Positions 1 through 13,265 of a stretch of 64,000 bases of DNA are shown here, piece by piece; position 1 is the first letter of the stretch, and every line of letters begins with the position of its first letter. The notes beneath the pieces are model-generated. The model did not search any database. It was not told the DNA's origin and was given only the letters and a program-made list of their open reading frames with translations. Position numbers and translations under genes: made by a program. Source of the DNA: Ancylonema sp. (lineage: Eukaryota). The stretch covers positions 1-64,000 of the forward strand of contig JBFLGF010000017.1 of assembly GCA_050230475.1 (NCBI GenBank), given 5' to 3'.

Positions 1-374
1 TGTCGTTCATCTCCCACCTACGGCTTCAAAGCCATTGGTGGCACTGACCACGTCCACTGGCATGTTTCTGGCACATCAGACTGGGTGTTAGAGTCGCATT
101 GGAGGCGGGTATATCTATGGTCTTGGCCGGCAAGACCGCGGACCAACGATTGAGGTAAATTTTCAAACTCGAAGGTGCTTTATTGGCTAAAAATATGGTT
201 GCGGGCCGATCCGTACATCCCCCATACCCAATCCGGACCGGGTCCAATTTCAATCGGCAAAAAAAAACGATCGGATCAGCCACAACTTGGCGAACGGGGG
301 GGGCAAAACTACATCTCATTACCGTACCGGCCACACATGATAACCCTTAAATAATTATGAAAAGGGTGGGTGTT

Positions 375-619
375 TCGTGCAGCGTGCAGACCTGCTTCCC
401 ATCTTTGTTGAAGACAAAAATTATGCCCCCGGCCTTGCCATTGGAGGTATACGACCTGCTTGCGTCCCTTGCTTTTTGCCCACTGAAGAGATTCACTCTC
501 ATGCCAGGGATGTACATACATTTCTAGAGAGTCACTCCGCCACATTCTTCATCTGTATTGAGCTCGACTGTTCCCCATTGCTTGACAAAAACAGTATGAG
601 AACTTTCTTCTGCCATCTT
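375..619 (-). mobile_element. Ty1/Copia pol (protease region) fragment, interrupted by a nested Copia LTR at ~620
   Basis: Minus-strand translation KMAEESSHTVFVKQWGTVELNT...L*KCMYIPGMRVNLFSGQK resembles the Copia region at 18715-18770 (LHDCLYMPGMHVNIFSLQR); contains stops. Confidence 0.65.
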
Positions 620-2250
620 TGCAATAATAAAGTTCAATTCTTAATCAACTCATGAATCAATCGATCACGTCATTACAAACATTAACACATCAAAAGTGCA
701 AGCTTGAGATAGAAAGTCTCATTACACGATCTTGCATGCAAGTCCACTCTTACTACAGTTGAGTGTGATCGACATAATATCTAAGTCAACATATCGAAAA
801 TATCTAAGTCAACACCAATCACAACTAAGCATTATGCCACATCGACTGAAACTTATCGATACTTATGCTGACTAGCCAGAACTTGTCGACACAATCATTG
901 TTTACAAGTTCGGCCGGCATTTGCTGAATAACGACAAGAACTCAAACTACAGCGAACGGATCGGACAAATCGATATAATAACAAAAGTTCACAGCCCCCA
1001 AAAACTAACACCCCCTCCTTGGGTACTTTTGTTTCCCCCTCCAAAAACGATAACACAATATATCGATTTTTCACAAAAACACAAAAAGTCTCAAAAATGT
1101 TCACTCCTCCTCAATCAACCCAATTTAAGCACAATTCTTCCTCAAAAATTTGACAGGTACAGCCTTTGTCATCATGTCAGCAGCCTTATCCTCACTTTTC
1201 ACAAACTCCCTGATCTTCTCTTCTTCTTTGCAACCCTCTCCCTGATAGAATGCCACTTGATCTCAATATGTTTTGAGCGTTTATGAAACACTGGATTTCT
1301 AGCTAGCTTCATCGAGCTCTCATTGTCACCAAGAATGAAAACACCGCCATGTCCCCCAACACCAAGCTCTCCTTGCATCTGGCTGAGGTAGATTGCCTCA
1401 TTGCCAGCATAACTGAGAGCCATGTACTCACTCTCACAGCTAGAATGAGTAACTGTCTCCAGAAGACTGCTTTTCCAACTCACCGCCGCCTCAGCACTCA
1501 GAAACATATATCCTGCCCTGCCTTTCCTAGTGTCGACATCATCACCATGGCTGGCGTCCGAATAACCATGAACTGACACCTCAGCTCCCTTCTCATACAT
1601 CAACCCCAAATTCATTATTCCCTTCAAGTATCTCAGCACACGTTTCACCCCCTCCCAGTGTTGCGCCCCTGGACGCCCACTATATCGACACAGAGTATGT
1701 ACAGCAGCTGCCAAGTCTGGACGGGTCCCTGAGGTCAGATAAAGCAAACTCCCCATAGCTGACTTGTACCCCACTTAGTCTAGGCCTACAACTTCCTTCA
1801 GATCTTCCATATTTGCAGAAAACTTCACTCCCATTTCTAGAGTGGTTGCTGCTGAATCGCACTCCTTCATGCCAAATTTGCTGAGCAACTCTTTGCTATA
1901 CTTCTCTTGGCACAAGAACACATTGCCATTTGGCTGTCGTTTGATCTCCAATCCTAACACAAACTTCGCCTCACCCAGATCTTTCATGTTGTAGCGTGCA
2001 TTCAGCCCTCGTTTTACCCCAAAGATTTTCTCCAGGAGTACACACAACAAAAAGATCTCGTCGACATACAGTGCCAGATACAAGGCGTCATCTCCCTCTC
2101 CCAGAATATATAGACCAAAATCAGCAGCCAGACGATGAAACTTTAACTTTTTCAACACGTCGTCAATGTGCTGGTTCCATCCCCTTGGTGCTTGTTTCAG
2201 ACCATACAGACACCTAAGCAGCAGCCACACCAGATCCTCCTCTCCATGTA
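620..2250 (-). mobile_element. 5'-truncated Ty1/Copia element (RT C-terminal half, RNase H, PPT, 3' LTR ~620-1010)
   Basis: ORFs 1775-2230 (LYGLKQAPRGW, LYVDE, MKDLGEAKFVLG) and 1199-1774 (TRPDL, YSDAS, DNES, HKRSKHIEIKWH); PPT AAGGAGGGGG at 1011-1020 directly before TGTTAG LTR start. Confidence 0.9.
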
Positions 2251-2563
2251 TCGGAGTGACGTGCGCGTTTGTGCGTTATCTCTAATAATCCGCAATTAAG
2301 CTAATTGTCGATAGTGCTTATAAGCCGGGTTGCTTATAATTGGTCGCCGGCCCGAGGCCAGCGCCCCTAATTTGAGTATTATTAATACTGGCGCTAGCTT
2401 GCGCCAATTAATACTTGTACGAATATTGAACCGGCATTTCGACGGGTCGAAATACCAGTCCACACGTACGGTTACGTGCCGGACGAACTGACACTGACGT
2501 ATGGTCAGTGGTCAACGCGAGGCTAGGAGCCCGCCTCGACGAACACAACTGGGAGTTGTCAAA

Positions 2564-2736
2564 CAGTAAAACCTGTCTAAAGGAATATTGTTGGGACCAG
2601 GAAATGATATTCCTTTAGACTGGTCATACACTTAGACAAGGACGGTTCCTAACAAATCCGGTTTTGGGACCGGAATTTCGTTTTCCTTTAAAGAGGTTTT
2701 TTATTTAGGCACTCGTCCTTTAGACAGGTTATACCG
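2564..2736. mobile_element. Short pogo/Tc1-mariner-like MITE
   Basis: TIR CAGTAAAACCTGTCTAAAGGA ... TCCTTTAGACAGGTTATACCG followed by TA; same TIR family as 8997-9569. Confidence 0.7.
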
Positions 2737-2964
2737 TACTACCCATTAAACCCACGAACTACCAAAGACACCCATTTGAAATATACACATCGGCCTTCGT
2801 TGTCGTCTTACTTACGTGTCTTTCAAGTTTTGGACATTCGTACGTGATTCGTGAAACTCATTATTTATTGGAACTCCTTATCGTCATCCGTTGGCTCCTG
2901 ATGTGTAGTTAAAGGTTTAAAGAAACACCAAAGAAGAACCGGAAATTGTTTGGTTTCCTACCAA

Positions 2965-3465
2965 TGAAACTCATCCAACAAAACGCCATGAATACTTCGA
3001 CAAGATAATCTTTCAAAGTCATTAAAAAGATGTTACAAAGATGCTATGCTGCACTTGACAGCCCCAAGCCTATGATGCTATCCACTTGTCACCTACGTGT
3101 CAATACGTGTCACAATGTCTCAACTAGTGACTACAAACGTCGACACGTTGACCAGCCAAAACTTACACATGTCCAAAATATTCCAACTACTGTCACCACG
3201 TGCATCTATCTAAATGAAACACATCACACAAAGAATGACTCAACAATTCTGACCACAGACGACGCATATCGGTCACTTCAAAGTTTCGACCTCGTATTAT
3301 CCGCCCACCTAATTAACGATATATTTGTAAAATCGATATCTTCCTAACCACAACTCCAAATTTATTATTTCTTCACTCAAATGTTTCTTACAACAAAAAC
3401 TATAAAGATAAAGCATCGACGTATTTTCTCTTTCATTATACAAGCACTGATTCTGCTTTCTCACA
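2965..3465 (-). mobile_element. Diverged solo LTR related to the LTR family at 16846/21009/23125
   Basis: Shares TTTCTCACA end, CTAACCACAACTCCAAA, TTCACTCAAAT and AAATGAAACACA blocks with the solo LTR at 23125-23721; flanked by CCAA(T) on both sides; left boundary uncertain. Confidence 0.6.
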
Positions 3466-3697
3466 CCAATCCCTACCAATCCTTGCCAATCCACACTTAC
3501 CCCTACCAGTTCTCCTACCATCCAACCCTCTACTGAGGCAACAGCGGGTGGGCTAAATTCCCTACCCTATCTGGGCAGCGGTAGCTTCCGCATTAGCTAC
3601 CGCACTAGGACGTAGGACGGTGTCGCCATCCCTAGTTTACCAGTAAGTAGATGACTCCTTCGAAACCTTCTCAAGAGAGTTTTAGTACACTGTCCTT

Positions 3698-4059
3698 CAT
3701 AGTTATTCCTCCCCGCGTGCGGGGAATGTCCCACCCGCCTCCGCCCGCGGGCGGCATTGCCCATTACCGGGCGCGCTCGTTATCGGGCGCGTTGAATTCC
3801 GGGATTTCGAGGAAGCGAGTTCAAAGTGGCATAGCTTTTATACATTTTATGATATTCAAAAAAAAAAGTTTCATGGAGATGGGACTATGTAGTTGATATT
3901 AGCACTTTTATTTTTGTTATTTTGATTAATGTGGAGTTTTAAAAACTGAAAACACCAGAACCCTAAAAGAAACTGCACGCCACGTGGACGCCCGCGTTTC
4001 GCGCGCATTACGCCCGCGGGCGAGTACTCCCGGCGGATTTTTTGACGGTCGTGTACATG
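3698..4059. mobile_element. hAT-type MITE (CATAG family), degenerate copy ~300 bp upstream of the ATP-grasp-SET gene
   Basis: Collinear similarity with 24177-24566 and 46997-47354 (GCATAGCTT, GTGGAGTTTTAAAAACTGAA, CACGCCACGTGGAC, TTTTGACGG.CGTGTACAT); no clear TSD. Confidence 0.7.
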
Positions 4060-4353
4060 GACAGTGTCATAGCTCAGGGGCTCGTGCGCTCCGTGCGCCC
4101 GACTCCCACAAGCGAGGCGGTGTGCCATGCAGGCGTGCCGCTTTGTTGAGGAGTGGGGGCGGCACGAGAGGACTTAATCGGGCCCCCCAGTCGTGTGGGC
4201 TGTATGTGCCGTCAGCAGGCGGCTTCTGGAGTTCAATCCAGAGGCCGCGCACTTCTGACCTTTCTATAGTCCTTGCGCTTATGTCGCCTAAGACACAGGT
4301 GCTGGATTCTAAGAAAAAATATTGCGGCCACCGGCCTTGTCGCTGGAGGAGAA

Positions 4354-6970
4354 ATGAAAATCTGCATTTTGCATCCCTCTTATGAAGATTCAGAATCCCC
4401 GTGCAGTGCACTGGATCCTGATGCATGCCCAGAGCGTTGGATAGGTCCAGAGCATCTCGTAGACTCGGCGCAAATTCTCAAGACAACAGCAGTAAAGCAG
4501 CTAGTCCAGCTGTCAAAACTCGGTTATGATATTTACATTAACCTGTGTGACGGAGCTTGGGACGAAGATCGAGCTGGCATGGAGGTCGTGGACACTTTAG
4601 AACGGCTGAATCTTCCTTATACCGGCGCTGATAGGCTCTTCTATGACCCCTCAAAGCCGACCATGAAAAATGTGGCTCTCCATTACGGTGTGAATACAGC
4701 CCCATTTCATCTTTGCTTCGACATGGATGCCGTCGAAGAAGCTGGCAGAAATCTCATTTTCCCTGTCATTGTGAAGCATTATAACGGATACAGTAGCATC
4801 GGCATGACAAGGGACTCCCGATGTACAGACATCTCTGAGCTGCGCGTGCAAGCAAACCTGATTATCTCTGAGTTTGGAGGCGCCATGGTCGAAGAGTTCC
4901 TGGATGGCAAGGAGTACACAGTTTTAGTGGCCGAGAATCCGACGGACCAGAACCAGCCACGTGTCTTCATGCCCGTCGAGTGCAGATTCCCTGCTGGTGA
5001 GAGCTTCAAGCACTTTGACCTGAAGTGGGTTGCAGCCACAGGCCTGGAGTGGACCGCAGTAGTAGATGCTGGAATTGACGCACAGCTGAGAGAAATGGCT
5101 AAAAATATGTTTATCGGACTCGGGGGCGTCGGATACGGCAGGTATGGGGTGCATATGGTATGGGGTGGTCTGGATACCGTTGGATGAAATTTAGCTTAAA
5201 AACATGTATAAACAAAGTCGGGCATCTGGACCAAGACGTGGCTATTGTTAGGGTCATCTTGAGACTTGGACCGGGACAAGGGATTGCTAGGCTTCAAGTT
5301 TGTGTTGTAAAATTTAATCCATATAGAGATCGAAATTGCTCAAGATGGAGTTGGTTTCAAACAGTGGAATCTGATCGAGGAAATTCCGAGGAATGGAAGT
5401 CGGAAAAAGTTTGACTGACATATGTTGAATTTAATTAAATTTATTGTATGTGTAAATGGATAATCATTGCTTCTCTCCCTCTTTCCATTGGTACACAGAC
5501 TTGATATCCGCTCAGATGCCTTGGGCAAGCTATTCTTCCTGGAAATGAATCCAAACTGCGGTATTCTGTGCCCCCCCGAAAGCATGTGCAGCGCCGATTA
5601 CGTCCTCAATCTGGACCCCTCCACCTCTCATGCCTTGTTTCTGGAACACATCATTGACTGCGCACTCATCCGGCACGCAAAGAAACAACCGAAATCTGCC
5701 GTTCGTTATAACGGATCTTGTAACAACTTCGGCCTGTATGCCACCCGGAATCTCAAAGCTGGCGAAACTGTGGAAGTTCTGGAAGAGAAAGCCACTTATC
5801 TGGTGACACGTCAGCACGTGGACGCCACATGGGACGCCCAGAAAAAGCAGTGGTTCGACCAGTATGCATATCCAGTGAGCAAAAATGTATTCGCCATGTG
5901 GTCCCCCCACCCCTCTGATTGGAAGCCCATCAACCACTCCTGTGATCCGAACTCGTGGCTGGTGGGGCTGAACCACGTGGCAAGGAGAGAGATCAAGAAG
6001 GGAGAGGAGATCACCATGGACTATGCCACGTAAGCGAGAGATGGGGGACTGGTTCTGAGTTAAATAGTTCCACATAACGAAGTCTTTGCACGCTTGTAAA
6101 TACGGTTATCCGAATGCTCACAGGGGGCACAACCAACTTCTTGGAGGTGCGTGGAATGTATCCTTGCAACTCAAAATGTGGAGGGAATTGCGGTATGACG
6201 TCAGCGAATTACATATCCGCCAAAACTACCCTTCTGAGCATGGGAACGCCTTTGAAATCGTACCATCCATGCCTTCATCAGTCTTCATGTTCGTCTACGC
6301 TACTTGAACACCTTCAAATGCCTGACTTATGTAAATATTGACTTTGCCTGTGGATTCGGCTAGATAATTATAGGTGATTATAGGCATATACATGTTTAGC
6401 GAAATACCGCGGCAGTGGTGATATTTTGCCTTCGGGATGTTATCTAAAGCAAGTCAAGGCATATGAGTGGCACTCTCTCACACAAGCGCTTCTTATCTTT
6501 TGGATTTTGTGTATTTTGTGTCCAGATTCTGTGTGAACTGTGAGGCGTTTTCGTGCCAATGTGGGGCTGACACTTGTCGGAAGCTAGTCACCGGGCAAGA
6601 CTACATGGTGAGGATGGGTGTCACACAGTCATAGTATGGGCAAACTGCAACATGTCCAATTGGTGCAAGAATAATGCGAGAAGGGGGAGGAGGGGAAAAA
6701 AAAAAAAAAAAAAAAAAAAAACAAGAAAAAAAAAAAAAAGGGTAATTATATGAGCTGCCCTTGCGAGCAACAAATTTTATAATTATTTTTTTGAGTGGAG
6801 TCGAGTAAACATCCTTATTTGTGCACTCCGTTTTGCAGGACCCGTGGGTGTCAGAGGTGTATGGGGACCATGTGACGGATTTCGTGCAGCAGGAGAGGAA
6901 GAAGGCTTTGTTCAAAATGGGTAAATATTTTAAGGAGGATATTGTTGTAGCTTCCGTGGTTGTACATTGA
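4354..6970 (+). CDS. D-Ala-D-Ala ligase-like ATP-grasp domain fused to SET + post-SET methyltransferase domain (~510 aa; exons 4354-5141, 5499-6029, 6526-6607, 6839-6970)
   Basis: Ddl-like motifs LERLNLPYTGA, FPVIVKHYNGYSSIG, VEEFLDGKEYTV, GYGR|LDIR, FFLEMNPNCG; SET motifs FGLYATRNL, INHSCDPN, EEITMDY; post-SET CQCGADTC. Three GT-AG introns join in frame (1533 nt). Confidence 0.9.
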
Positions 6971-8996
6971 GTTTACCAGCCAAAATCATGCAGAAGAAAG
7001 CGGTTTGCATTCATGTACACATGTAGAAGTGAATTTAAGCTTGTGATATCAACTTTGTCTCAAACTCGGGATGTATGTAGTAGGTAGGAAAGCTTGAGAA
7101 GTTGAGTGGCTCGCGACTGTTTTAGCTTGTCTATATGGACAGGTAGCATCTTGATGACGTACCACCGTTGGCACTGATTGTTAGTTCGGATCAAAAGCCT
7201 TGGCCAGGGTACAAGCTAGATACCCGCTTATCGGGTACCCCATAAACGGTTACAAATCATGCTTAGAGAACGATCCTTTTCTTTGCTTGGTCATGACCCA
7301 CTGGTGTCACAAGGACTAAGTTTCAGCAACGAGTGAACACGCTTGGTTATGGTGCAGAGTGTGTGGTTGAGTCGTTCACATACCTTGAACACTCGAGCCA
7401 AGGCTCGAGTTTCTTATATCGAGATTCGAGTAAACGCGAAAGTCTTGTAGGCAAGTGTAGCTACTTTGGTTGCAACCAACTCATGGTCTTTCGTGAATTA
7501 TTATTCATGCCTCTACCTCTTCGATGCACGTTGTATGTACGTGCATGTGTGCATGTGTGAACCGTACTGGATACAGGTAATGACGCATCACAAAAAAAAT
7601 GATTGTTGGGGTGACCCACAAACTTGACCCAAGCAAACTTCAAATATATTATCCCGTGACCCAAAATAATGACCCGGGTAAAAAGTATGCATGATATTGT
7701 GACCCGGCAAGCAAGATGAACCACCTTAAAACCACCCGTATTTTGTACCACACGAGTACCACACCTATCACGGTAATGTAAATGCTTATAACCTCGGGCG
7801 AAACAAGCGGAAGGAGTTGTTGGCTCTAGATGTCGGCCCTCTAGCACATTGTCGGACCGGGACACATACTCTCACTCTTGAAATGTATTATTAGAATTTG
7901 TCGCTGGTCGACCTGAAAAGAGGTCCATTATACAAATGTATGTTAGCATATCCCATCCAATTGGGATATAAACACTAAAAAAAGTGTTGAAATCAACAAC
8001 AAACAAACAAAAACAAAAAAATAAGAAAACAAAAACTCCCTAATGTTAAAGGTATTCTTTAACGTTTAAACAAGCATTTTTTTAATGGTCATTTGGTATG
8101 TACAAGATGAGACTATATAATTGCTTCAATGTCCGACATCTTCTATACATGGTCTTCCCCCCAACTCCGAACTACAAAGCCAAACCGATACAATCATTAG
8201 AAAAAAGCATACCAATGACGACAATTTGGCCGCTACCGGACCACGATTCAAACCTGGGCGACCGGAGTTCAGCCACATGTCGTTTTGAGAAAAGAACAGA
8301 AAAAAATTCAATTTTAGGATATTGACCCGCAATGCCGGATTTCAGAATTGAAGGTGTGACCCACCCCCAAGAAAATGAACTATCTAACTCGACCCGACCG
8401 CCCTTTTTGTAATCATTTGCGGCTCATTATGTATGGCTAGCACGGTTATTCTTTCGGTGTATGTTTGTCGTTGTGCGGTCCTCGGACCATTATGTTCGGG
8501 TTTGAAAATCGGGGTCCAACTAATAAGGTTGAAAGGTCGGACCTCGTTCATAGGACGCTATATCATTGATGATGGATTTTAGTGCTTTTCCATTTGGGAC
8601 GAAACCGGTTTAGAAGAGAACATATGTCCATGTGCTTTATTCTCTATACATTGAAACCTGTCTTAAATATTACTATGCAAATGAATCACCTGACGAACCT
8701 AAATAAAAATCTTCCGCCCGATTTCAGTTTTCACCCTGACATATAAATTTATAACATATCTACATTAATACTTTGTCCCGGTCATGGCATGATTAATCTA
8801 GACAGATGTTACTGTATTACTGCGAGAGTGTACCAAAAAATAAAACTGAAAATATTGGATATCAATTTGACAAAACATCGAAGAATTGTGAACTTGCATG
8901 GCTCGGTGTTCCCAAACTGAGAAAAAAAAAAGATTCGGCAAACATGAATTTCCGAGCACTTTGGTTCGCACACTTGGGGAAACGCAATATAGTATA

Positions 8997-9569
8997 CAGT
9001 ATAACCTGTCTAAAGGAATACTGTCGGGGAGGATAAAAAGTATTCCTTTAGACAGGTTATGCACTTAGAAAGTTTTGGTTCTAGATGTAGTGGAACCCGT
9101 TCCCATGTGCCTCCGACGGAAAACAAGTCAATATCTAGCTCAGAATCCGTTCACACGTGTTTTCCCCGTTCACACGGCCAATATTTTGTCGTTTGGCCTC
9201 CTCTCGAGTAACTTCCCACAATCAGGGCGCCAAATCTATCAGTTCCAACGATGTACGTGCACGTGGAAGGCACTAATACTACTAGCAAAATACCGCCCTA
9301 GCCCTATTTTGGCGCTTAGCTTGTTTCATTGTAACGTCCCACAACCTGGGAGATACGACTCCGGTACGGATGAACACAAATCCGTCGGAGAATGTACGGA
9401 TTGTGTACTTTATTCATTTACACGTATCACCGGGGGCTAGAAAAGTATACCGTTAGAGAGTTATGCACGTTCTGGAATAATTACACTCCCCCAACGTCGG
9501 GGGGGACATTTTCTATTCCTTTAGAGAGGTTATTCCTTTAGACAATATTCCTTTCGACATGTTATACTG
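8997..9569. mobile_element. pogo/Tc1-mariner-like MITE with TA TSD
   Basis: TA|CAGTATAACCTGTCTAAAGGAATACTGTC ... GACAATATTCCTTTCGACATGTTATACTG|TA; internal repeats of TTCCTTTAGA. Confidence 0.85.
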
Positions 9570-12500
9570 TACCCTTGAATATCTTGAAACCATGGTTACC
9601 CGATACTCAATACGGAAGCACAAAATACGCATGTTGGTAATTATTTTCACAGGTCCATATTTATTCGCGTATTGTCGTAAAAGTATTTTCTTCTTGTTGG
9701 TTTAGGTCGCAGACTGTGGGGGCCACACCCATTGTGGACTCGTAAGGCGCGATTGGCATGATGTAGCTCGTCAATAAAAGCTGAAATGGTGCAATGAGAT
9801 AATGATCGTGAAGAAAAGACACAGGGTCATTGCAATACCGGTACGGCATTGTATTTGTAATGACGTACTCAAGAGCATCGTATACACTACATGACGTCAC
9901 CGCATGTGCGGCTACAAGAAAAGGACCCTAAATATCACATGCATCACGTACTACCCATGACATGACACGAAGCATCACACCTCACATCCGATGCATCAAT
10001 TATTCGTCCTCGCACTCGGTCGCCTAAAGACGCTCTGTTGAACTTTCTATTCGGCCACGCCATCCAACCAGACATTCAAAATCGCGCAGCGGCACCATGG
10101 AATAGATTGTACGGGCATTCACACTGTATTCGAACAAGGTACAATCTTTGCTATGCCTACACAGCGCTACCTACACAAGAGCTTGGCAAGCGGATGAGAC
10201 AAACCCGGCTTACAGTCTGTGTCTCCTACCCTACAATCACAACCGTTCACAATACAAGTTCAATATACCCCGGTTTGGGCAATATGCCGCTATATTGCCT
10301 CGTTCATTACAACTTAGCCGTTATAAGCAACATGAGGGCTACCGCTACCACAATAAAAAAGGATGACATTGTGAGCCGGTGACGCATGCCATGATACTCG
10401 AAGTGTGGTGCTTAAAATTTTCAATCTTTGCAAGCTATAAGAGCAAACCATCATAATTGGACATATTAGTGCATGTACATTTGAATGCAAGATGTGGGAG
10501 TAAACTTTAAATTGCATTCGAGTGTAATATAAATTTTAATCGAAAATAATTACGTGCGCAAGGATGTTTTGGATTCGAAACGTGGAGCACACCACTTCAC
10601 TTCTTCATATCTCATGATAAAGCATTTCACCCACGACCCGTCACTTCGTTTACAACTCATATTGGTTCAACCCAAGATATCTTCCGCACAGGGGGGAAAA
10701 AAAAAAAAACATCCACATTCACATTAGCGAACAACTTTCCCTTTCTCATTCACATTCACATTTATTGACTGCTATCCTTTCCGGATCCATTATCCCTATC
10801 CACAACATTCCATACCTAGGGACCATAACATAACAACACATATACATCAAGTTTGGGCATAAAGTGGCAAATATATTTGAAAGTAAATAATGTACATGAG
10901 TGCGTTTAAACTCGACTGTGAGAGTTAGCTGGAAATGAGAGGTCATTGTTTGACTCGTTGAAAGCCCTCTCGCTTTGTTTTCGCTAACAATCTCCCTCTG
11001 TTTTATGCCCTTGCGAAGCTGAAGCGTGGTCTCGCGAAGTACCGCCTTCGGAGTGATTGTTGTCACATTTATGCTCGCCATTTGGGTGTTTTGACTTGGA
11101 TCTCTTTCTCCCTCCCCCCCCGTCCTCCTCGTCGCTGCTACTTTCGTCAAATGCTCTTTGCTTGTGGAAAATACAACATTCTGCGAGGACGCATCACTGC
11201 GTCAGCTTCTATTGTGTCATAACTTTTTGTGACTTCATATACTACTCCCCAAGCGAGTTTGCTTCTCAATATTTGCTCTCTACTTTTGACAAGGTAAGAA
11301 ATGACCAAAATGTCGTTGTGAATGCTTGTTCAAATCGTGGCAATTGATTATGCACAAAAGCACATCGTAACGCATGCTACTCTTGTTGTTTCTAGTTATA
11401 CAAAGCGAACAAAATGTATTGCTTTTGAGCACATTGTGTCCACGAGTGTTAGGAGACGACCCATCAACACGAAGGTCAAGAAGAGCGACACATTTTTTTT
11501 TGCGTTCAATCTGATAAGGACGATCTGATCGTAGCTTATGTCCAGTAATGGCTTTTTAGACAAACACGGTCACATTTAAGAATGGGTATCATATCATTCA
11601 GGTCGTATTCTCTATACATTTATCTAATGACATGATTCAGAATTATATGTGAGACTAGGAAATTACATGTGTCGACTCAAGCCTTTACCACCCGCAAGAA
11701 AGCACGTGGAGCTGACGACAGCAGCACAGAGATATACGTTTCATCAAATATACGTGAGGTGGAGAGATGTTGATGCACTTTTTATGTGTGAGCCGGCAGG
11801 ATTCCTCAGAAAAGTGATTCTGCTGCACTGTCAGATAATTACCGACTAGGTAACCTTCATGTCTTGGTTACGACCATATTATGATGCGACCTCGTGGTGG
11901 TATGCTGTACAGAAAAGCTTGCTTATGACAGAGTACCCAGCCTCAAACACGATCTCATGCCAGTCATGTGTTCCTACACTGGAGCCTGCATCTCATCCTA
12001 CATGAAGTCACTATTTGACCTCATGCCTGGCGTCAGTCTCATTCATAAACACAGAAAGTATGTCAACGAACAGTGCCTGCTCGTTGCTCTGTGAGTTGGA
12101 ATAGTAGACGAGTGCTGCACTTACTTTTAGAGCTCTTTTTTCCAAGGTCCTCGTTGTCTACGGTGTCATCCTGCCACCTCACTTTCTTCCTCTCTCGTGG
12201 TCTTAATCTCAGAACAAGTCGCTCCGCTGCCCGAAATACAGAAAGGAACTGTAAGAATGTGGAAAAATGACTGAAAGAGTACTAGTGCTTTGTCAGCTGA
12301 GCCATCCTTGTCTCTCGAACGGTCGCTTTGTTACTTATGTGCTCCTGTCTAAAACAGCACGTGGCAGGGGCTAGCTGTCTCATGTCATGTCTGAGAAAGG
12401 TTCGTAGATGGTCGTTATTTTTCCAATAGCCGAATTATGGGCACTTCGAAAGTCTCGAATCCCATTTCAAGATAGTTTGCTATACAATTTTACCGCCTTC

Positions 12501-12989
12501 GACCTAACCAGCAGTTTTCGCATGCATAACATGCATGCCATATACCTTCTACTGTTGTCGTGGCAGTAAAACTGCCTCGAGTTTGCTGACGGGTAACGGC
12601 AGGCAGACCGGCAGGATGCGCTGGATGGCGGTCAGCAGCTTGTGCCATTGCACATATAAAAACTTCCCGGCGAATCTGCACTACAACAAGGATTCAAGGT
12701 GAGGACAGGGAGGGTGACACCGCATTTTCGGCCCGCGGTAGGGGGTTTCTACCACGGTATTCTCCCCCTACCGTTTCCTACCGATTTTGTTGCCCAGCCC
12801 GGTTGGGCATCGGTAGGGGGTAGGACAACGGTATGGGGTAGGGAAATCGGTAGGAGACGGTAGGGAGCGGTAGGAAACGATAGGGATTTTATTTTTTTGG
12901 CGTGAAATCAAAGTACAAAATGCAACAACAAAAAAATATTGAATTGACATACCATGTAAAATAGACAATGCGCATCATCGTCTTTAGAT

Positions 12990-13265
12990 TTGGTACATGT
13001 CACCTGCATACTTTTCCTGCACCATGAAAACGTCCCCGTTCTCCTGTCGTCGAATCTCCATCCCCAATATGAACTTCGCCTCCCCCAAATCTTTCATCTT
13101 GAATTCTTGCTTCAGGTGTCCCTTCAAGCCCGCCAGTGCTGCCATGAATGTTGCCAACATGAGGATGTCATCGACGTACACTCCTAGCAACACCCTTTTC
13201 TCTCCCTTCCCTTGGATGTAGACTCCAAAGTCCGATGTGAGGCGATGGTATTCGAGCTCCCCAAG
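12990..13265 (-). mobile_element. Copia RT fragment, interrupted by the LTR at 13266
   Basis: ORF 12984-13316 contains LGVYVDDIL and FKMKDLGEAKFILG. Confidence 0.85.

Noticed and set aside
4273..4353. Upstream extension of the ATP-grasp ORF as a targeting peptide
   Set aside because: Starts at TTG, not ATG; domain similarity begins at ATG 4354.
6696..6740. Poly(A) tract as a retrocopy or SINE tail
   Set aside because: Lies in intron 3 with no identifiable body or TSD.
4354..6970. Bacterial contamination or canonical ddl gene
   Set aside because: Three spliceosomal introns, eukaryotic TE context and non-Ddl active-site loops.
9570..12700. Possible gene (donor-like AAG|GTAAGA near 11293, pyrimidine-rich leader)
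   Set aside because: No recognisable protein in any frame and no consistent exon chain.
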